A stretch of DNA of 64,000 nt from positions 960,001-1,024,000 of the forward strand of contig CAXXKA010000008.1 in the NCBI GenBank assembly GCA_963668625.2, written 5' to 3'. Under the pieces are notes generated by a model. The model did not search any database. It was not told the origin of the DNA and was given only the letters and a program-made list of their open reading frames with translations. Source of the DNA: an uncultured candidate division Zixibacteria bacterium (GTDB taxonomy: Bacteria > Zixibacteria > MSB-5A5 > UBA10806 > 4484-95). Numbering within the stretch: the stretch's first letter is position 1; every line of letters begins with the position of its first letter. This document shows positions 59,928 through 64,000 of the stretch, in pieces. Made by a program: the position numbers and the translations under genes.

Positions 59928-62566
59928 TTTGAAAAGAACTTCGTTAGGCCCTCAATGGCATTATCGATTTTCTCGGCCGGCATAGCTCCGCGAATAGTCG
60001 GCTTACCGCCACCACGAGCTCCGGCAGCTTCGGTCATGACATCCCGGACTTTATTGATAAAACCCAGAGATGGTCCGGCGATAGCGAATTTACCATCCCC
60101 GGCGGAGATTACCAGTACCGCTTTATCATTATATTTTACTTTAAAAGTATCGATAAACGCCATCATTTCTTTAGGATTAGACATCTTAAGCTTAAATACC
60201 AGCAGTTCGCCATCACTTGAGCTAAACTCATGGTCGGGCGTTGTATCCGAGGCTTTCTGAGATATCTCTTTCTCGGCTGATTTCTGTTTATCCTTCTCGA
60301 GTTTCTTCAACGCATCCAGATAATCGGCCAGCTTGGTATCCAGACCATCTTTGCGTAAGATACGCGGATGAATCTGCGACTGTATCTCGCGTATGCTATC
60401 AACAACCTCTTTGGAGGCTTTAGCGGGCTCAGTTTTAAGCTTCTCTGAAAGCTCCGATATCAGCTTATCTTGTATTTGGAAAAACTCTTCAGATTTACTG
60501 CCTGTTATGGCCTCGATACGTCTGGTGCCGGCGGCTATGGCGCTTTCGGTCGTTATAAAGAACTTGCCGATATCCGCCGTGTTGCTGACATGCGTGCCAC
60601 CGCAAAGCTCCATCGAGAAATCACCGGATTTAACCACGCGCACGGTATCACCGTATTTCTCGCCGAATAGCGCCATTGCGCCAAGCTTCTTGGCCTCATC
60701 GAATGGGTATTCTTTCCAGCTAACCGGCAAATTCTCGGCGATTTTCTCGTTAACGATTTTCTCGACCTGCTCTATCTCCTCGTCGGTCATCCCCTGGAAA
60801 TGCGAGAAATCGAAACGCAAGCGATTGGGATCGACAAGCGAGCCCTGCTGATAAACATGATCGCCTAAGGTCAGGCGCAGCGCTTTGTGCAGTAGATGTG
60901 TAGCCGTATGGTTGCGTTTGATATCGGCACGGCGGGCGTGATCGATCTCGGCGGTGACTTCGCCCTCGTAATTTTCCGGCACATCACCTTCGATTTTTTC
61001 CGCTATATGCAGGTGCTCATCACTAAGCTTAACCGTATCGATAACTTTCAGCTTGAATTTATCAGAGGAGATAATGCCCGTGTCGCCGACCTGCCCGCCA
61101 GATTCGGCGTAGAAAGGAGTATGTTTAAGTAGCAAATGATATTCTATATGGTTATTCGGGTTGGCGATAATAGCAGGGCTTTCATATGATTCGTTATCAT
61201 AACCTACGAATTTGGAAGTATCTTTATCGTATTTCCACTTGGGATTCAATATGACCCCCACAGCATGGAACTTGCCCGACTCTTTACTGCGCTCGCGCTG
61301 TTTCTCAAGTTCGCTATTAAACGCGGTCCAGTCGATCTCCAGCCCCTTCTCATGCGCCATGATCTCGGTTAAATCAGCCGGGAAACCGTAGGTGTCGTAA
61401 AGCTTGAAAACCTCCTCACCGGGGATAACTTTGCTGCCTCGCGAGCCTGTTCTGGAAACTATATCCTCGAAACGAGCGATGCCGGTTTCGAGCGTACGCC
61501 CGAACTGCTCCTCCTCGGTTTTGATAACCAGCTCAATCTTGCCGCGCTGGGCCGAGATCTCGGGGTAAACATCCCCCATATAATCAACCAGCGGCTGCAC
61601 TATCTTATATAAAAACGGTTCGTTTAAGCCAATTTGATGTCCGTACCTGGAGCCACGCCTCAGTATCCTGCGAAGTACATAGCCACGCCCCTCATTGGAG
61701 ATATTGGCGTTATCGGCTAAGGCGAATGTCAGCGCCCGGACATGGTCGGCTATCACGCGATGAGGCACGCCCGCCGGCCCCGGATCGTAGCCTTTACCGG
61801 AAAGCTCGGCCACCTTGCCGATTAGCGGCTCGAATAAATCGGTGGAGTAGTTGGAATCGACATTCTGCATCACCATGCAGAAACGCTCCAGCCCCGCGCC
61901 GGTATCGACAGAGGGTTTGGGCAACGGCGTCATCTTGCCGGTATCATCCCGGTCGTACTGCATGAACACCAGATTCCAGATCTCCATGAACCTGTCACCC
62001 TCGCCGTTTAGCTCGCCCTCTACACCCTCGCCTCGATCGTAATGTACCTCGGAACAGGGGCCGCATGGGCCGGTGTCGCCCATCGACCAGAAATTATCCT
62101 TCTCGCCGAATCGCACAACCCGGTCGCCAAGCTCAGGGGCGATTTTGCGCCATAGCGCATCGGCATCGTCATCATCTTTGTACACGGTGGCATACAGACG
62201 TTTGGGGTCGAGGCCGAGATGTTTGGTGACAAACTCCCAGGCGAAATGTATCGCCTCCTCTTTGAAATAGTCACCGAAAGAGAAATTACCCAGCATCTCA
62301 AAAAATGTTTGATGGCGGGCGGTGAAACCTACGTTATCGAGGTCGTTATGCTTACCCCCGGCGCGGATACATTTCTGCGAGGAGGTGGCACGGTTGTAGT
62401 CACGTTTTTCGATGCCCAGGAACGTGTTTTTGAACTGCACCATCCCGGCGTTGGTAAACAATAGAGTTGGATCATCCAACGGCACCACCGGCGAGGATTT
62501 CACGCGGTGATGGTCATACTTCTCGAAATATTCGAGGAACGATTTTCTTATCTGATGTGATTTCAT
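59924..62566 (-). CDS. alaS: Alanyl-tRNA synthetase
   Basis: DPTLLFTNAGMVQFK, FEMLGNFSFGDYFK, GPCGPCSE, HTATHLLH, ELCGGTHV. Confidence 0.98.
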   Translation of the reverse strand: MKSHQIRKSFLEYFEKYDHHRVKSSPVVPLDDPTLLFTNAGMVQFKNTFLGIEKRDYNRATSSQKCIRAGGKHNDLDNVGFTARHQTFFEMLGNFSFGDYFKEEAIHFAWEFVTKHLGLDPKRLYATVYKDDDDADALWRKIAPELGDRVVRFGEKDNFWSMGDTGPCGPCSEVHYDRGEGVEGELNGEGDRFMEIWNLVFMQYDRDDTGKMTPLPKPSVDTGAGLERFCMVMQNVDSNYSTDLFEPLIGKVAELSGKGYDPGPAGVPHRVIADHVRALTFALADNANISNEGRGYVLRRILRRGSRYGHQIGLNEPFLYKIVQPLVDYMGDVYPEISAQRGKIELVIKTEEEQFGRTLETGIARFEDIVSRTGSRGSKVIPGEEVFKLYDTYGFPADLTEIMAHEKGLEIDWTAFNSELEKQRERSKESGKFHAVGVILNPKWKYDKDTSKFVGYDNESYESPAIIANPNNHIEYHLLLKHTPFYAESGGQVGDTGIISSDKFKLKVIDTVKLSDEHLHIAEKIEGDVPENYEGEVTAEIDHARRADIKRNHTATHLLHKALRLTLGDHVYQQGSLVDPNRLRFDFSHFQGMTDEEIEQVEKIVNEKIAENLPVSWKEYPFDEAKKLGAMALFGEKYGDTVRVVKSGDFSMELCGGTHVSNTADIGKFFITTESAIAAGTRRIEAITGSKSEEFFQIQDKLISELSEKLKTEPAKASKEVVDSIREIQSQIHPRILRKDGLDTKLADYLDALKKLEKDKQKSAEKEISQKASDTTPDHEFSSSDGELLVFKLKMSNPKEMMAFIDTFKVKYNDKAVLVISAGDGKFAIAGPSLGFINKVRDVMTEAAGARGGGKPTIRGAMPAEKIDNAIEGLTKFFSK

Positions 62567-62642
62567 AGTCTTTGTAGATAAGAAAAATCGGTTTAAAAAT
62601 CAAGTTATAAACATATTATAGATAAATTCCAACACTGTCTAT

Positions 62643-63791
62643 TTATCTCTCCAAATCCGTGGATACCAGCTTGTATGATTCGGGTAACCATCTAACTACA
62701 TGCTTATGATTTGATGCATTTTCGGCGAACACGGGGGCATTGCCTCTTTCAACAACCTCTACTTCCACGTTTTTATCAAACTTCACCAGTATCAAAGATT
62801 CTAGATGGATTTCGGATTTTATCATCTGTTCGGAGTTATCGATATTATCAACAACCACAATAAGTGTATCGTTTTCCAATAATGAATTAGAAAGCAAATC
62901 AAGGCTGGCGACTATATGATCGGACATGCGCTGTTTTTCCCGGAAAAGATCGGATAATATCCCGATCGCGGTAAAATTGCCTGCAATATAAAATATTGTA
63001 AAAGCCAATAAAGTTTTTCTAATTCCCCAAAACTTAAATCGGCTGTTATAGAGGTTGTTTAAAAAGTAGGCAACAATCAATAACACACCGGGCACAGCTG
63101 AATACATATAGCGTGAGATTGGCCTGCCGGGGAAAATATCGAACAGGTTCAGATCCATCTTAAAAACTGACACTGTCGATAGAAACATTATTGACCATGC
63201 TCCGAAAAACAGCAAGCTCTTATTCCTACTTTTTATTAGTAGGATAAAAAATATCGGTACAACTATAGAAACAATCACTTTTATAGATTTTAATACCCAC
63301 AGATAACTTTCCGGGAACATAACCGCCGCCCTTTGGGATATTGGAACAGCGATATATCCTAGATAATACCAGATGTTCACGAAAACTTTCATATTAACTT
63401 CAATATCCTGATCAACGAAAGTTTGTGTTTTAAAATAAAAAAACAGATAAAGTGAATATAACAGTATCATGATGATAGAATAGGGTATTAATTTTAATCG
63501 AAATGAATTCTTGGAATACAAAATTACAATAGTAAAAAACAAACCAATCGTTACGAATCCTGATTCTTTAAATAAGACTGCACTGAGTCCCAAAAACAGG
63601 AGATATAAAAAGCTAATCGGACCGGGATTATCTATAAAATCAAATGTCTTTATAGCAAACAATAACGACAAAGCAGTGACCCAAAGATCACCGGAGCTGG
63701 ATATCCAAAGCAGAATGGGGGAATTCAAATAGTAGAAAGAAAACAGAAAAACAGCAGTTATTCCTACTGATTTTTTAATATTTAGTTTCAC
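62643..63791 (-). pseudogene. 3' part of a multi-TM GT-C-like membrane protein gene interrupted by an IS4 element
   Basis: Many TM helices with FKES and RYMY motifs; the frame begins abruptly at the CTAG where the IS starts. Confidence 0.65.
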
Positions 63792-64000
63792 TAGTGTCCG
63801 GGCTTTGAGGCTGGCTTGACAGACCTCCTATAATAAGGGTGTAAACGCTAATTATAACACCTTTGTTTACAGGAGGTTAAAAATGCAAGGGAAGGTTACA
63901 ATACTTCGCCAGATAACGCAAATGATTTCTCGATACGATTTCCAAAAAGCAGTTTCGACTGGCAAAGGGCGGCATTTCACGGTTTCTTTCGGCTACTGGT
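63791..64000 (+). mobile_element. Left end of an IS4-family element (DUF4372-type transposase from 63883, partial)
   Basis: CTAG-TGTCCGG end; AGGAGG RBS; MQGKVTILRQITQMISRYDFQKAV...F..W resembles the DUF4372 N-terminus. Confidence 0.7.

Noticed and set aside
27-63732. Numerous 60-190-aa antisense or overlapping ORFs in the track
   Set aside because: Shadow frames of well-supported genes, with no recognisable motifs.

Overview
Bacterial chromosomal window, probably from an FCB-related lineage such as Zixibacteria. This is inferred from T9SS/FlgD-type C-terminal domains, a lineage-type dockerin-like tail and a group II GGGP synthase. The left arm (1-15 kb) is mostly envelope/housekeeping: esterase, CNNM protein, an intact IS256, GT4 plus flippase-like gene, TonB-dependent receptor, lemA-htpX, aldo/keto reductase and DUF5916. 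Gene remnants follow, then a TANFOR-like giant secreted protein with an FN3 partner, and a low-GC nuclease-STAND NTPase with 33-aa tandem repeats (Avs/NLR-like defence candidate). The centre (28.4-55.8 kb) is a ~27 kb island of secreted Cys-rich/protease proteins interleaved with three TrmB-family regulators. It is bounded by a ~560-bp inverted repeat made of a dockerin-like coding tail, a terminator and an att-like arm. The high identity of that repeat ends at the anticodon loop of a tRNA-Met 3' remnant. The right arm has an excisionase-like HTH gene, tRNA-Asp, wzx, gmhA, GGGP synthase, alaS and a GT-C-like gene cut by an IS4 element. Several single-base frameshifts in short homopolymers look like long-read assembly errors. 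Family assignments come from motif recognition; no database search was run.
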